A DNA stretch of 64,000 nucleotides from Pocillopora damicornis (Eukaryota): NCBI RefSeq assembly GCF_003704095.1, contig NW_020844647.1:124001-188000 (forward strand), written 5' to 3'. Positions 32,301 through 45,836 of this stretch are shown piece by piece (the first letter of the stretch is position 1; the number at the start of each line of letters is the position of its first letter). The position numbers were made by a program, and so were the translations under genes. The notes under the pieces were generated by a model that saw only the letters and a program-made list of their open reading frames with translations, searched no databases and was not told the DNA's origin.

Positions 32301-35300
32301 TCGAAGATGTATGGGGGACAGATCTACGAAATAACATGAAGGTGAGATCGATGATGTTCTTTTATGAAGCTTGCTTCAAAACTCATCGGAGGTAATCCTT
32401 TCCTATAAGCAGTTTCATGTGTCTAGCGGTGAGGACGATACAAACAACTTCGTAAAAGGGTCTGGGTACAATCATGGCTCATGGACACAACAATCTTCAG
32501 AAGCAGGAACCGTTTTGAAAATTATTAAAGACTACATTAAAAATATGTCACAATAACTTGGTTGCTTGAACTTCTTTTCGTTCTACAGCCCGTCAAGAAC
32601 GAGAGTGGCCATTATGGAACAGAATTATTCACAGAAGTGGCTGAGCGAATCATTGATACTCACAACAAATCCGAGCCGCTGTATTTGTATTTTGCGCATC
32701 AAGCTGTTCATTCGGGAAATCCAAAGGACCCTTTGCAAGCTCCAAAGAGAGTGCTGGACGTAAGTTGTACAGGTTATATGTACTCGAGGCTTAAGGGACA
32801 CCAAAGTATATACAACTTAAAGGAGTAATGTGCTTTCGAAACTAAAGAAACTTTAAAAAAAAACACCTTTTCACGTTCTGAGATTCAAAAGGGTAAAGTG
32901 AAGGTTCGAAACTTGTCACTTTTCAAATGGGCTCAACTGTCGACTATGAACGCCGCCATTTTGAAAGCAACTCAGTAACCTGGCTGCACACCCATACGCT
33001 CGTAATGGCGAGCAGTGTTGCTTGCAGTTTGCAGACAGCTGCTGCAGGAAAACGTTAAAAATCGTTATTTCGGTCATGAATGCCTCTTTACGTAGATTTT
33101 AATTATTCAAAAAGATCATTTGGAGACGGAAAAACGGCGTGAGGTATCCATATATAAGCCTATATATGGAGTTCAGTCTTTAAAAATGATCTTCTACTGG
33201 GCATTAGTGTGGCGAGCAGTCTGTTTGTCTTTCTGACTTCAGGTGATTAACTGTCTTTTTCATTCTTCAGAAATTTCAGCATTTTTCAAAGGAAGACAGA
33301 AGAATTTATGCTGCCATGGTGGCGTCTTTAGACGAGTCCATTGGAAATGTAACTAAAGCTCTCAAGAGAAATGCAATGTTTGATAACTCTGTGATCGTTT
33401 TCACGACAGACAATGGAGGCGCTCCATGGGGATTTAACTGGTAAGAAAGAATCGCAGCCGCACACAGAATCAAATAGCAACGAAATTTTAATTAATGTGG
33501 TAATAAGGGACAGTTTTAAATAAGTATCTTTGCCAAAAAAATCAGCTTATTTTAAAAAAGCAGGTGCAAAAATTTCCATGATACGATTTTGCCCCCCCCC
33601 CCCCAAAAAAAAAAACACAGGATCCGAGTGAGAAAAAGAATCAATCTTTAATCTCAGAATTGCTTAACAAGATCCTTGAAATTTTTCCATTTCTTTTCAT
33701 TCCCATGCATCTTCTAACTAATTTAGGAACGCGGGATGTAATTACCCACTCAGAGGAGGCAAGGACACACTCTGGGAGGGAGGAGTCCGTGGAGTTGGTT
33801 TCGTTCACAGCAAGCTCATCGAAAACAAAGGCCGTGTTAGCTATGATTTGATTGACGTCACAGATTGGTTACCAACCTTCTATCATCTGGCCGGAGGTGA
33901 CGTCACTAAAATACAAGATAAGATTGACGGTATGAATGTGTGGGACACCATTGCAAATGGGAAGAAATCTCCGCGCACGGAGGTATAAGAAATTCAAAAT
34001 AACATTTATTCAAATTTTCATTCAGGAAAAAACTTCAATTATTTTATTCGCTAAAGTTTTTTTTGCAAGGATGCGTTGTAACAGGACGAATTCAAGTTTC
34101 GTACCCAGCTCATTAATTAAATTATTTTACCACATCAAAGGTTCTCCACAACATCGATCCCTTTCGCCGATTTGCAGCCATTCGAGTGAAAGAATACAAG
34201 TTAGTCGTGAATCAAGACGCTGATTACAAAATCACTTGGCTTCCGAGGTATAATGTCCCTGGGGAACTGGACTCTCTTCCCCAGCCCTCTACCTTACCTG
34301 GCGCGGTTATTGAATGTGGAAAATGGGACAGTGAAGAAGAGGCTGCATGTAAAAGTGATGTTTTTCCTTGTTTGTTTAACGTGAAAGAAGGTAAAGTAAA
34401 TTTCATTGCTTTTATAGGGTGCAAGTTGATTATGGTTTGTTTGACTGACTAATTGATTGGTTAAGTAGCTAAGCAAGTGATTTGCCAAAACTAAGAACTG
34501 AGCCTTTCCGGCTGACTGATGAAAGAACCGCTCACTTGCTTGACTACCCAAAAACTGTCTGAGTGGCTGGCTGACTTATGAACTGATTGACGTATTAAGC
34601 GACCAAAGAAGATAGAAACAGTCTTACTGACTGGCCAGCTAGTGCGTGACCGGTCGGCTAACTGACTGACTGACTGACTGACTGATTGCCCGACTGATTG
34701 GCTGACTGACTTACTGATTGACTTACTGACTTACTGACTAACTGACTGCTTTAATGACTGACAGATTTGCTGACTGACTGACTGACTGACTGACTGACTG
34801 AATGACTGACTGACTGATTGAATAATTGAGTGCCTAAATGACAGAAGGAATGACTGGCTGAGTAACTGACTGACTGATTACAGTCATATTGAGAACGTTC
34901 TAAAAGAACAAAAAATACTCAAGATTACGAACAATACTTTCTACTATAAAATTTGATAATTTAATTTACTTTTTTCAGATCCGTGTGAGTACAACAATAT
35001 TGCTCAATCCAACCTTGATACAGTAAAACGTCTTATTTTAAGACTTCTTCATTATCACAAAAAGGCCGTTCCTATATGGTTCCCGGAGAGGGATTGCGAT
35101 GCGGACCCAGAAAATCATGACGGGTTTTGGGGCCCTTGGAGGTCTTCAGAAGCTAACAAGGCTATTTTGAAAGAAGTAATCGAGAGCATACCGTCAGTTA
35201 ATGAAGAGAAGCATTCTAAACGTAAAAAGATTGCAATCGATAAGACAGAACTTGATGAAGAGTCTTTAAGTTTATATAATGAACAGAGCAAGGAATTTGA

Positions 35301-35385
35301 AAGTATGTTAAAAAATTACCTCAACGAAGTTGATAAACGTAAAAGGAGTGAGACTTCTCCACAGAGAAGTGGCAAAATGAATTAG
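29319..35385 (+). CDS. Arylsulfatase B-like sulfatase, copy A (one exon not visible, probably in the gap)
   Basis: Exons 29319-29362 (probable, signal peptide), 30676-30802, 31364-31523, [missing], 32195-32341, 32589-32759, 33271-33440, 33727-33982, 34141-34390, 34979-35385. Motifs [18 protein letters not shown] (CxPxR formylglycine), WHLG, TTDNGG, YPLRGGK, WEGGVR, DWLPT, DPCE. Confidence 0.92.
31754..31853. other. Assembly gap (100 N, probably of unknown size)
   Basis: N run. Confidence 1.
34655..34880. repeat. (GACT)n microsatellite, intronic
   Basis: Visible directly. Confidence 0.95.
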
Positions 35386-36656
35386 TGCTGCGTTCAAGAA
35401 TTTTGGTTTACTGTGAGTACAAAATATGAGAACGCAGTAATTTTCAATTGAGTGTCAAATTAATCTGAGATTACTTTTAGTTTCGCTCTACTATGCCCTG
35501 TGATTGGTCCAGAAAACTCGCGCCACTCTCTCAACAAATCCGTACTAAAACCAATCACGACTTGATTGGTTGTTTTTACCTAAAATTCTCATTGACTCTT
35601 ATCAGCATTCTCCTTTCTTCCGATTGGTTGTTTTGGTTTTACGCGCGACACTCAATCGAAATGCGCTCTACCTTTACGTGAAAATTGGTTGTAAGTTGTC
35701 ATTGCATTGTTTTCGAACACGGCTGTAACATAATATAAAGTTTTGAGCGAGTCTCGTTTGTTTCTGTTATTATTCGGTAATCGCTCGATTGTGGTGATAA
35801 GGAAAAAAGTTACGTTTGACGCAAGGGTTAAAATAAAATTTATTTTGGCTCAGAGCTGAGGCCTATATCTACTTCAAAGTGATAAAAAAGGCAATAAAAT
35901 ATTTTATCTTTGAAAGTTTTTTTTTCTCATTTTGATTGTAAATGTTAATTAAATATATGTTATGAGTAACTTTCTAGGTTGTGTCAAATACGATAAGAAA
36001 AACCATACAAAGAAGATGATAGTTAGTGATCTTTCTCTAAATTGCAGATAGTTCGACTGCTCCCTTAATTAGTGTAGGTAATTCCGAAGGAAAGAAAAAA
36101 TGAATAAAAACGAAAGAACACGCGTGTTTCGCCAATTAGAAGAACATGGGGCTTCGAATGTATGGCTCATTTTCATTACATTACGGGAATTTCCTGTCGA
36201 GAAAACTCCCTCCACTTCGTGCAAAAGAGTTCGGAGATCTGCTTTCAAAAGATTTAAATGTCGAAAACATAACTGGCTTGCAAAGCCCTAAATATTTACC
36301 CATACTCAAAAAGATTAAAATTGATTTACTTCGTGTTGCTCATTTGTAGCCTATAGACTAGGTGTAATTTTTTGTCTCTACGCCGAGCAGAACTGGGGAG
36401 GCAAGCATGACGCGCTACGAGTGTGATCATGAATGATGGGTAAGCCACACTCGAATGGACTCAAATGACTCGCTCTTCGCTTTCGCCTTGCACCCACCTG
36501 TGCGCGCCTGAAAGATGCAAACAAAAGAAAAACAAGCAAAAATTCAGGTTCCATGACCTGCATATGGATCCAGCCATATGATGAGAACGGTTACGATTAC
36601 TGCAAAACTTGTTCCCAGGGTGCCTCTTCCGCCTACCCGGTAAGAATTGCTTTTGA

Positions 36657-39600
36657 CTATTCATCAGCGGTGCGATTGCTTTCAAAAAATTCCATTTCAG
36701 ATCCTGTTGCGGATGTTTGACCTTCACTGGCAGGGTATTCGTTTGAAGAGTCCTCCAGCAAATCACTTACACTATCTGCTGGGTCAGTAGTGTCAATGTC
36801 TGCACTGATATTCATTAAATCATCGTCATCGCCATTATTTTGTTCAGCGTTTGATGTTACTTTCAAAGAGGACATCCCTTCTGGATATTGATCGTCGTCT
36901 ATCGAATCACTATCGTCAGCTGAGGAGTTCTCAAGTTCACTTTTTAAAATTTCGTCATCTCTAATTGCAATGTTTCCTATTTCTGTTCTTCGTGTTCCTT
37001 GTTTCTCCACCTTGCGAGGTTTATTCGCGATTTTTTCTAATTTCCTAATAACTGAGGACGTGTCAATATGGCTTAATTTAGTGGCTAAAGTCTCCTTCCC
37101 TCCTTTGTTTGACTTAACAACAACATCCTCGGCTATTAATGCTTTCTTTATCATTTGCAATTTGTGCATCAAGTCGTCCTCTTGAGTTTTCTGTTTCATC
37201 TTGGCATACAACAAAGCTAACGACTCCTTCATCAAATGGCCATTACGAGGAATCTGAACCTTCTTTCCTGCATTTGTAATTTTTAAAATTGACTTCAACA
37301 TCTGATAGACTCCTTTGTCGTGTTCTTCGTGTGTGCTGAACACCTTTCCAATCCTCGTCGTAGTGACAGTGCTGTTTATTTGAGATGAGTGTCTCTTCGC
37401 ATTCACCGCAGACGGGATGGAGTCGAGAACCCTTTGTAAGATAACCTTGTTACCTTTTGAGGATTTCCATGGGCCCCAGTAACCTCCGTGATCTGCAGGG
37501 CTGGCGGTAGGGTCCCTCTCAGGGAACCACACGGGAAGGGCATTTTTCTGGTAATGAATGAGTCTACGAAGGAGCCTCCTAACTTTTGGAAGGTGAATGT
37601 GCGCAAGATTTCTATACTCGCAGGGATCTGAAACAATAGATAGGAGAAAGTGATCTATCTGACAAACACAAGTGAAACATTATGGATTAATATCCTTAAA
37701 CTGCGTAACTAGCAGTTATGTCCAATCGTCGACCGCGAAGCCGTGTTAACGTGTGGCAAAGCCGCGTAAGATTTGTGACGGAAACTTGTACTTTCTCACT
37801 CGCGGCAGTTTATGGTAGACTATCAATAGCCACTTCGTAATTTGTTGCACCAACATTCCTGCGCAAGCACTGATACATTCGATCTTAAAGCCGTCCACAT
37901 TTTTGGCACTGAAGAAGTGACAAAGTTATGCGGTTTGAGCCAAGAAAATAAACAGATAAAACAAAATGATTATCACATCCCGGTCACGGTCATGTTTTTC
38001 AGGTTTGTGGCCGGATCTCGTGAGGGTAAAAGTATGAACAGTTGATTTACTCCAATCTGTCAATCTGTCAATTCCATTAATACTTCATCTCGAACTTCCC
38101 AGCCTTGCAATTCAAAATTGCATTCAAGTCTGCAACGCTTAGTTAACAAAGATATTTAGCTTTGGAATTGCGAAACGTTAACAACAGCGCTCGCACAAAA
38201 GAATGAGCGTGGTCTTGTCATGAACCCAACTTGAAGGCTTCTAACATTTGGGCATGACGACTTATTGTTTGCATGAGAGCGCGGAGTTAGAAATTGCCTC
38301 GATCTAAGGCGATTTATCTAACCAGACGTCGTTTTCCCAACCTCTTTTAAAGGCAAGTAGTTGTAAAATGCTCACCTTTTCTAACGTTGAACAAACAGGG
38401 AAATTCATTAGTGTCACAAGCATCCCTTTTGCTCCTGGGTCGCCTACCACACTTAATAACAGCACCGGGCAACGTAGAGGGCTGGGAAAGAGAGTCCAGT
38501 CCTCCCTCGACTTCGTAACGCGGATGCCAGGTTGTGTTGAATACAGCGTCCTGGTTAATAATCAGTTTGTAGTCACCTACTCGAATAGCTGCAAATTTAC
38601 GGATGGGATCAATGTTGTGGAGGACCTAAAAAAAACAACATCAAGGTACATGTCAGCCTCTCCGTTATTTTAGGGAAATTAAGAATTTGCACAAAAAATA
38701 TGTTGTTTAAGCCAGTTACACTTTTGGTATTTACCTCCTTTCTTGGGGATTTCTTTCCATTCGCTATTGTATCCCACACATTTACGCCATCAATCTTGTC
38801 TTTTATCTTGTTGACGTCACCTCCAGCCAGATGATAGAAGGTTGGTAACCAATCTGTGACGTCAATCAAGTCATAACTGATACGGCCTCTGTTTTTGATC
38901 AGGTTGCTATGCACAAATCCCACTCCACGGACCCCTCCCTCCCAGAATGTGTCTTTACCTCCTTTTAGAGGGTAGTTACAGCCTTGATTCCTGAGAGGGG
39001 AATGACGAGAATAGAGATGAAACTGATTGGGTAATTAAGGATATACCAAAACAAACCAAAAAAATTGGACTTAGTTGCCGCAACTATCGTAACTCTTGAA
39101 ATCGTTTGTGAAGTTCTTATCACTGCGCTTTGAAGTTTTTAAAGTAATGTACTTGGAATGGACCCGTACGGAGAGGGGGGGGGGGGGGGGGGGGGGGGGT
39201 GGTGAAGTTATCCTTGCCCCCCTGCTCTCGGCTGAAAATAGAAATACTGATCATAACCCTTGCTACGTAGTGGGAAATCCGCTCGCTGTTTTTAAGGTGG
39301 GGGGGGGGGATTTCTCATCGATCGCATGAATAATTTATTTATCTTTATCTTTACCCCCGATGGTGTATGGTTTATTTTTGCTTCACAGGATGATCAGGTA
39401 TGAATTTTTTACCAGTTGAATCCTCTCGGAGCGCCTCCATTGTCGGTTGTGAAAACGATCACAGAGTTATCAAACATTCCATTCCTTTTAAGAGCTTTCG
39501 TTATGTTTCCAACGGACTCGTCCAATGAAGCTACCATCCCAGCATACGTCCTTCTGTCGTCCATTATAATATCCTGGAATTTCTGAAGAATAGAGTATGA

Positions 39601-42600
39601 AACAGGATAAAATGTATTTCTAACCACATTGGTTTAAGACTAAAATACGAACAAGTTGAAAATACATTTAGTTTGCGCTGCATTAAACTTGTGTCGCCTT
39701 ATCAATTGGGATAATGAACGGAAAGACATGCAGGTGCAAAGACATCGAGATTTCCTTAGATAAAGCGGCAAGTGTAGAATTAGACAGACAGACAGCCAAA
39801 GGGAAAGATAGACAGACGGATAGACAAGCTGGTTGATGATATACAGAGGGGCAGACGTACATGCAGATAGATAGACGAACATACAGACATGTGGGCAAAC
39901 AAACTGATAGACAGATTGACAGACACACATGCATATAGACAGACAAACAGACAGACATACGGACAGACAGAGAGACGGACGGAAACACAGACAGATAACG
40001 GACAGACCGACAGATTACAGACAGATACACAGACGCACATGCAACTAAACAGGCGAACAGACGGACAGACAGACAGACGGAGACAGACAGAAAGAAAGAT
40101 GGACTGGAGACAGCCAGAAGAGCGACAATTGTTCGGATAAAGAGACATGAGGATTTTACAAACGTGAGTCGCTACATAGATAACTGGTCGAACAGACAAA
40201 CACTCAAAAAAGGAACCAGTGATGTAATAAGGAGTATACAAAGCCATGTATCTTTGCTTACATTAACAAGTCTTTCTGGTGCTTGCAGGGGCTCGTTACC
40301 ATTGGCCGAGTGAACTCCTTGTTGAGCAAGATACAGATATAGTGGTTCAGACTTGTTGTGAGTATCAATGATTCGTTCAGCCACTTCTGCAAACAATTCT
40401 GTTCCATAATGGCCGGTTTCGTTCTTCACAGGCTGCCAAGAAACGAGGATAGTCAGTATTCCGGCAAAAGTTAAGCTCTTTCAAGCCTTTATTGATCAAT
40501 CAACTCTATTGATCAATCAACTCTATTGATCAATCAACTCAGAACTGTTTTCTCAAATCTCTTATGCGAGGGTTTCGTTTTTTAATCAGGGTGAAAAACT
40601 GAGAGTACAAAGTAGTTTCAAATGAGTTCAGATGGTAAGCCGGAATCGCGTTGGTTTCGCCTCGTCTACCTTCTCGTCGTGATCGGGCGTAAAAATTTGC
40701 CCTACTTTTTAAACCAATCTGTTGCAAGATTTTATTGCAACTTGGTCCTCCGAGAGGTTTCTTCCACTCAATTCAGGAATATTCTTTTCCAGTTAGTATC
40801 ATATTCTGGTTACTGTTTTATTTTTGAAGGAAAGGTGGAGTGCCTGCAACCAAATTGGTTCTTTGTGAAATTCACCTTCATGTTATCTCTGAGATCTGTC
40901 CCCCATACGTCTTCCTGTGAGGAGTGGTCCCAGTAGTCTTCTTTTCCATTCCAAAATCCATAGTAGGTCTCAAAGCCGCGGTAGGATGGAGTGTATTCCT
41001 TTTCGAAGAATCCCAAATGCCACTGAAAAAAAAAACCTCAATAATACGATGAAACGATAACAAATGCCTTTGCAAAACAAATCGGAATAAGCCTTGACGT
41101 AGAGAGCTTTAGCTGGTAAACCTATAGGATGCCGTCGATGATAAAAAAGCGAACAATTTGATTGGCTGTGAGACCTATACCTATATCTAAGAATTAAAGC
41201 TGAAAATGTAAATTTATTAGCTAAGAAATGTAGAAAAATAAAATAAATATATGAGATGTAAAATTAAAGAGCTTTTGCGAATGAATAGCTCTTGATAGCT
41301 TTCTTGAACTATTTACAGACATCGTGTTTCTGCATGAGATTAATAACAGTTTATATTCTTTTAGTTTCTGTTAGTACTTGGAAGGTCATTACAGAGTTTA
41401 CAGGTGGCTGTATGAAAGGAACGATTCCCGAGCAGAACGAGTGATTTACTCCCACTCCCACTATAATCAGGGCGTAACCCATTATCGGAAACCTACCTTG
41501 CCCACGCCATGTGTCCTGTATCCAAGTGCTTTAAGGTACTGAGGGGTGGTAGCCACACCTAACGGAAGACCGTACGGTTGCGTGCCAAATATGGTAGCAT
41601 GCTGAATTCCTGAGGCAATGTGAAAACACGCGTGAGAACGGTTGTAGATATTCAACGTCAAGAACGTTTCATTTTCTAAGGTATGGTTACTTAATGGTTT
41701 CAGATGGAGAGACACGATGTAAACTTAATTTCCTCTGTTTTTCCCTTTAGAGACATGCTAGAAGCCTGTTGGCGCGATAATGGCCGGAGAATGAAAACAA
41801 CGACTAGACCCAAACCTCCCTGGGTTTCGCTCTGCCGCAACAATGTCGCCTTTTGCCATTTCGCTCCGTTTTTCCAACTGAACGCCTGGGACAGGATACA
41901 CGCTAGTAAATTGCTTTCCGAACCTATGTGTAATGCATTTTTACATTCCGGCATTTACCTTTAAAATAAACCATCTGAAAGAATAGTCAAATCACCCAAA
42001 ACCAGGAGTGAATGTGCACAATCATATCGCCTGTGGGGAGCCCGCGGGAATTAGCAGTCATTTATTAACTGTCTCGTCTTAGTCAAGTTTTTTTAGGTTT
42101 CATCGACGAGGCAAAGCATACGCGAGAGGTTTGATCGAAAAAAAAAAGCTCTTGTACACTCGAGCGGTGGTGCATTTACGCAAGTATAAGAAATTGACCA
42201 TACCGTGAAGCTATGTTGCGTGACAAAGTTTCAAGATATCTGATTTTATCCCGAGTCGAAACATAACCACGACTGCCATAAGGACTTAGGAATTTAAAAC
42301 TTATTATCATTGTTCCTCTTGTGGCCGCAACACAGCCATCGAAAAAAGGCATAAAGCTCTTATTGCCCCCTGGGAATATCCCTACTTCCGTCGGTACCGA
42401 GAAATTCGAAAAAAGCGAAAAAAATGAAAAAAGGAGCTTAAGTAAAAATTATCTAATGGTACCTAAATTGACCGGGTGTTTTCCAGTCATGAGAGAGGTC
42501 CGGGTAGGAGTACAAATCGGTGATACATAATAACTGTTAAGGATCACTCCACCGTTGGCCAGTTTGTCGATGTGTGGAGTAGGGATCTGGGGCGATCCGT

Positions 42601-43850
42601 GAAAACTGACGTCATCCCAGCCCTGTAAAGAGAAATCGGTTCAAAACAGTTTCACGCTTTCGCTATGGTTGATCGCATTGAAGGCGGACAAAATAAATTG
42701 TGTCGCTGTGTAATTAATCCAACTGATGAAGAGACATGTCTTGACGCAAGAAAATATCTTTTCGAGATCTTCAGTTGGAGTGAAAATGGTTGAAAAATTT
42801 TTATTTGAACTGCATGAGTTGCCATACTTTTGTGGAGAATCAGCCCTACTGCGAAACGAATCAACGAAAAAACAACAGGTGTAACTTTTACTCCAGTAAA
42901 AACAATACACCACTGTGCAACCTTCCGGCTTAGCTTTGAGGTTTTATACGCCTTGAAGTTCGATAAAATTGCGTCAACAACAGAAACCTAGGACCTCCTT
43001 ACCAGATCATCAGCGACGATCATGATGATGTGGGGTCTGGGCGCTACCCAGTTTGATTTCTTCCTTTCTTTCTTTCCATACACGTGATGCGAGCCTAGAA
43101 GAACTAAAACAAAGCTGAAATGATAAAAATAAAAATAAAAAATTATCAAACAAATTATGATAAATACTACATTCTGATAGGTGTTTCAGTCTACAGGCTA
43201 AATTAATTTTTGCATTTGTAAAAATATCCTTAGAGCGCTGTTAGCAGACATGGGAATGGCATCGATCCATCTGGGATTCTAACCAGAAATTGTCAACAAG
43301 TGGGAATTTCTCGAAAACTAGCATGTCACATTACGTGCGTTATAACAAATAAATTTGCCCCTACATAATTATGAACAACTGCGTAAATGATTTAATCAAT
43401 TAATCGAACATTAACCCAGGCATGATCAGCGTAAGTCGCGCTTCAGGATTCAGTAATCGTTGCTATCACGGTTTCACAAGAAAAACGCGCAGTGATGATT
43501 AATAAAACATGATTTTAAACTTCTCTTATTCACCGTAGGATTCACATATTTTCGTGTCATTGGCTGATAATGGTTTACATTCGATAAGCTAGAAGTTGAA
43601 ATACACAAGCATGTATGCGCCGCGGTGTAAAAGCTAACATATATACTATACGAATGCGAGTTTAGCGGGAGTTGGGTTAAACGGCCCTTACGAGTTACAG
43701 GTTACACTGAAGACAGACTTATGTATTACTAAAAGTTGCACAAATAAAACAATCCAGCTTTTTTTTTATCTATGGCCTGCATGCCTTATGCAGTCTACGG
43801 GTTTCGAGTTATGATACTCACCGCAACAACCTTAGAAAAACGCTCTTCAT
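36657..43850 (-). CDS. Arylsulfatase B-like sulfatase, copy B, with long C-terminal extension
   Basis: Exons 43850-43822, 43114-43003, 42622-42463, 41609-41497, 41022-40876, 40432-40262, 39582-39413, 38990-38735, 38625-38376 and 37627-36657 are all in phase. Signal peptide [17 protein letters not shown]; motifs CTPTR, GKWHLG, TTDNGG. Confidence 0.95.
39780..40115. repeat. Degenerate (GACA)n microsatellite, intronic
   Basis: Visible directly. Confidence 0.92.
40490..40540. repeat. Three tandem copies of a 17-bp unit (tattgatcaatcaactc)
   Basis: Visible directly. Confidence 0.9.
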
Positions 43851-45531
43851 CCTGTAAAAATGATTGCAAATAAGTTACATCCGATACATTTAACTACTCG
43901 GAGATCAACATCGCAGACACAGCTCTCAACTTTTCAATTATACCTCTTGAAATCAATTATTTATTTTGTATTTGTCTATTAGCCGCGCACGAATGGCTTA
44001 AAAGCGTAAACAGAAGGCAAAACAACCTTTGAAAACAGGTAACGCTTAAAGAATCTTTTGTGAACATTTTGTTTTCCACAGTTGGCAATGTTTTGTTCTC
44101 TTCTATTTTCCTTGAAATTTCCTCTGTATCTGGTACCTGTAAAACACTAAGAACACAGTAATCAAAACAGTCAGCTGCATCATAAGAAACTCTGCTACCA
44201 TGCGATCGCAAACCATTGGACCGATTTAAGATAAGGAAAAAAAATTTACCCTTGAACTATTTTCTAAAATTGGGCGAGGTTTTGGTTAAGGTGAAAGAAA
44301 TTTAAAGTTAGAATTCTCAGACCATATAAATACGTTGGGATAAACAAAAACGAATCAATTTTTTTTCGTGTTCTTCGCCGCCCAGTTATTGTCTACATTA
44401 AATCGATATTATCACAAAATCAAGATAGATGGTCTCGTGTGTGGAGACATTTGAAAACACCGGGGAGCTGTTAATGCATCCTTAAAGTAACGATTTCAAC
44501 CTCCGCCCGAGGGCTACTCAGTTTTCAAAGAGTGGCGATTGCTTTGGCTGGTCAGATCCAGACTCGTCCCCGGTCTTCTAAAGGTGCACTGCGGTAAAGT
44601 GAGGGAGAAAAGGGTGACGGGAAGGAGAAAGAGACTGAGGCTCTCTCTTGCTTTCTCTCTATCCATCGTACTTTGCGCTCCCATTGTATCAGCGTGTCAG
44701 GTCACATCCGCAGATTTGGTTCTCGGGATTTACCTATCACACCGAAGTATATCTTTATAAATTTCAAGGTAATAATTTGAGGTCGCTGTTATCTGACGCT
44801 ACAACTTTTCCTCTACCCAATCTGAGAATAAAACTCATTCTGCGTCTTTGGATCTGATTGGGCTCAGGGAAAGCTTGACCTTTGAGGGTGAGTTTTGCGA
44901 CAGACAGCCCAGAAAATTCCACCTCCCTCCCAGATAATTTAAGGTAAATACTTTATTTTGGTGTCTAGCAAGAGAAGATATTTACAAGTTCTACACAATT
45001 AATATTATAATACAATGGCGCTTAGGAAAGAATTTAGCATGCAAAAAAGAACAGAAAAGAAAGCTTATGAAATGTGCAATACAAGAAATACGAAATTAAT
45101 TGAGAAAAATAATCATGAAGTCACCAGACTGTACAATTGAGAATTTTTTTCAGCTGAAAAAAAGTCCGTCATAACTACTTGATGTAAGTCGAAGGAGAAT
45201 CTATCGCCCCAGAAAATCCCAAACTTAAAATGGCAAGTTGCACGTTGAGAACGCTTCGTCTGTTTTAATTTACAGCCAGCTGTTGAGACTGCGAAATTCT
45301 TAAATTTTCACTCAAAAGAGCTCTTGGATTATTACTAAGTCTATGTAGAGTATAATTATCAATTTAATTGTCATTAAAAACATTCGTAAAATTAATCTAC
45401 ATTTTGTGATTAGGCAATGTTTTGTAGTTCACTAACAAACGATTCAAACAGAAAAAAAAAAGATATATTAAGCTATTTTCTTGAAGAGAATGACGAGATT
45501 TCCAGTTGAAAGTTTGAAAACTAGAATTGCT

Positions 45532-45679
45532 CTGGCCTACTTGTTTAAAGGGTGGATAATGCTATCCACGGGATAAACCGCCATCCAGCGGACGTGTTTA
45601 CAAAATGTGTAGCACTATCCACTGAGCAGAAATTTATCCAGTGGATTGGGTTATCCAACCTTCCAACAACACGGGCCAG
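45532..45679. mobile_element. About 150-bp MITE with internal tatcc/ggata repeats
   Basis: Inverted ends ctggcc..ttgtttaaaggg / ccttccaacaac..ggccag. Same family as 53139-53290. Confidence 0.65.
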
Positions 45680-45836
45680 GATGATAAATAAATTAACGGC
45701 CTGAAAAAACACACTAAAACCAAAGGAAAGACGTTATCTGAATTGCAAAATCAATTTAGAGGCTAGAAGGCTCTGCGTAGAATTGATTACAGATTGATTA
45801 AGAGAGTCACTCCGCAAAGAAGAAGATCCGAGCAAT

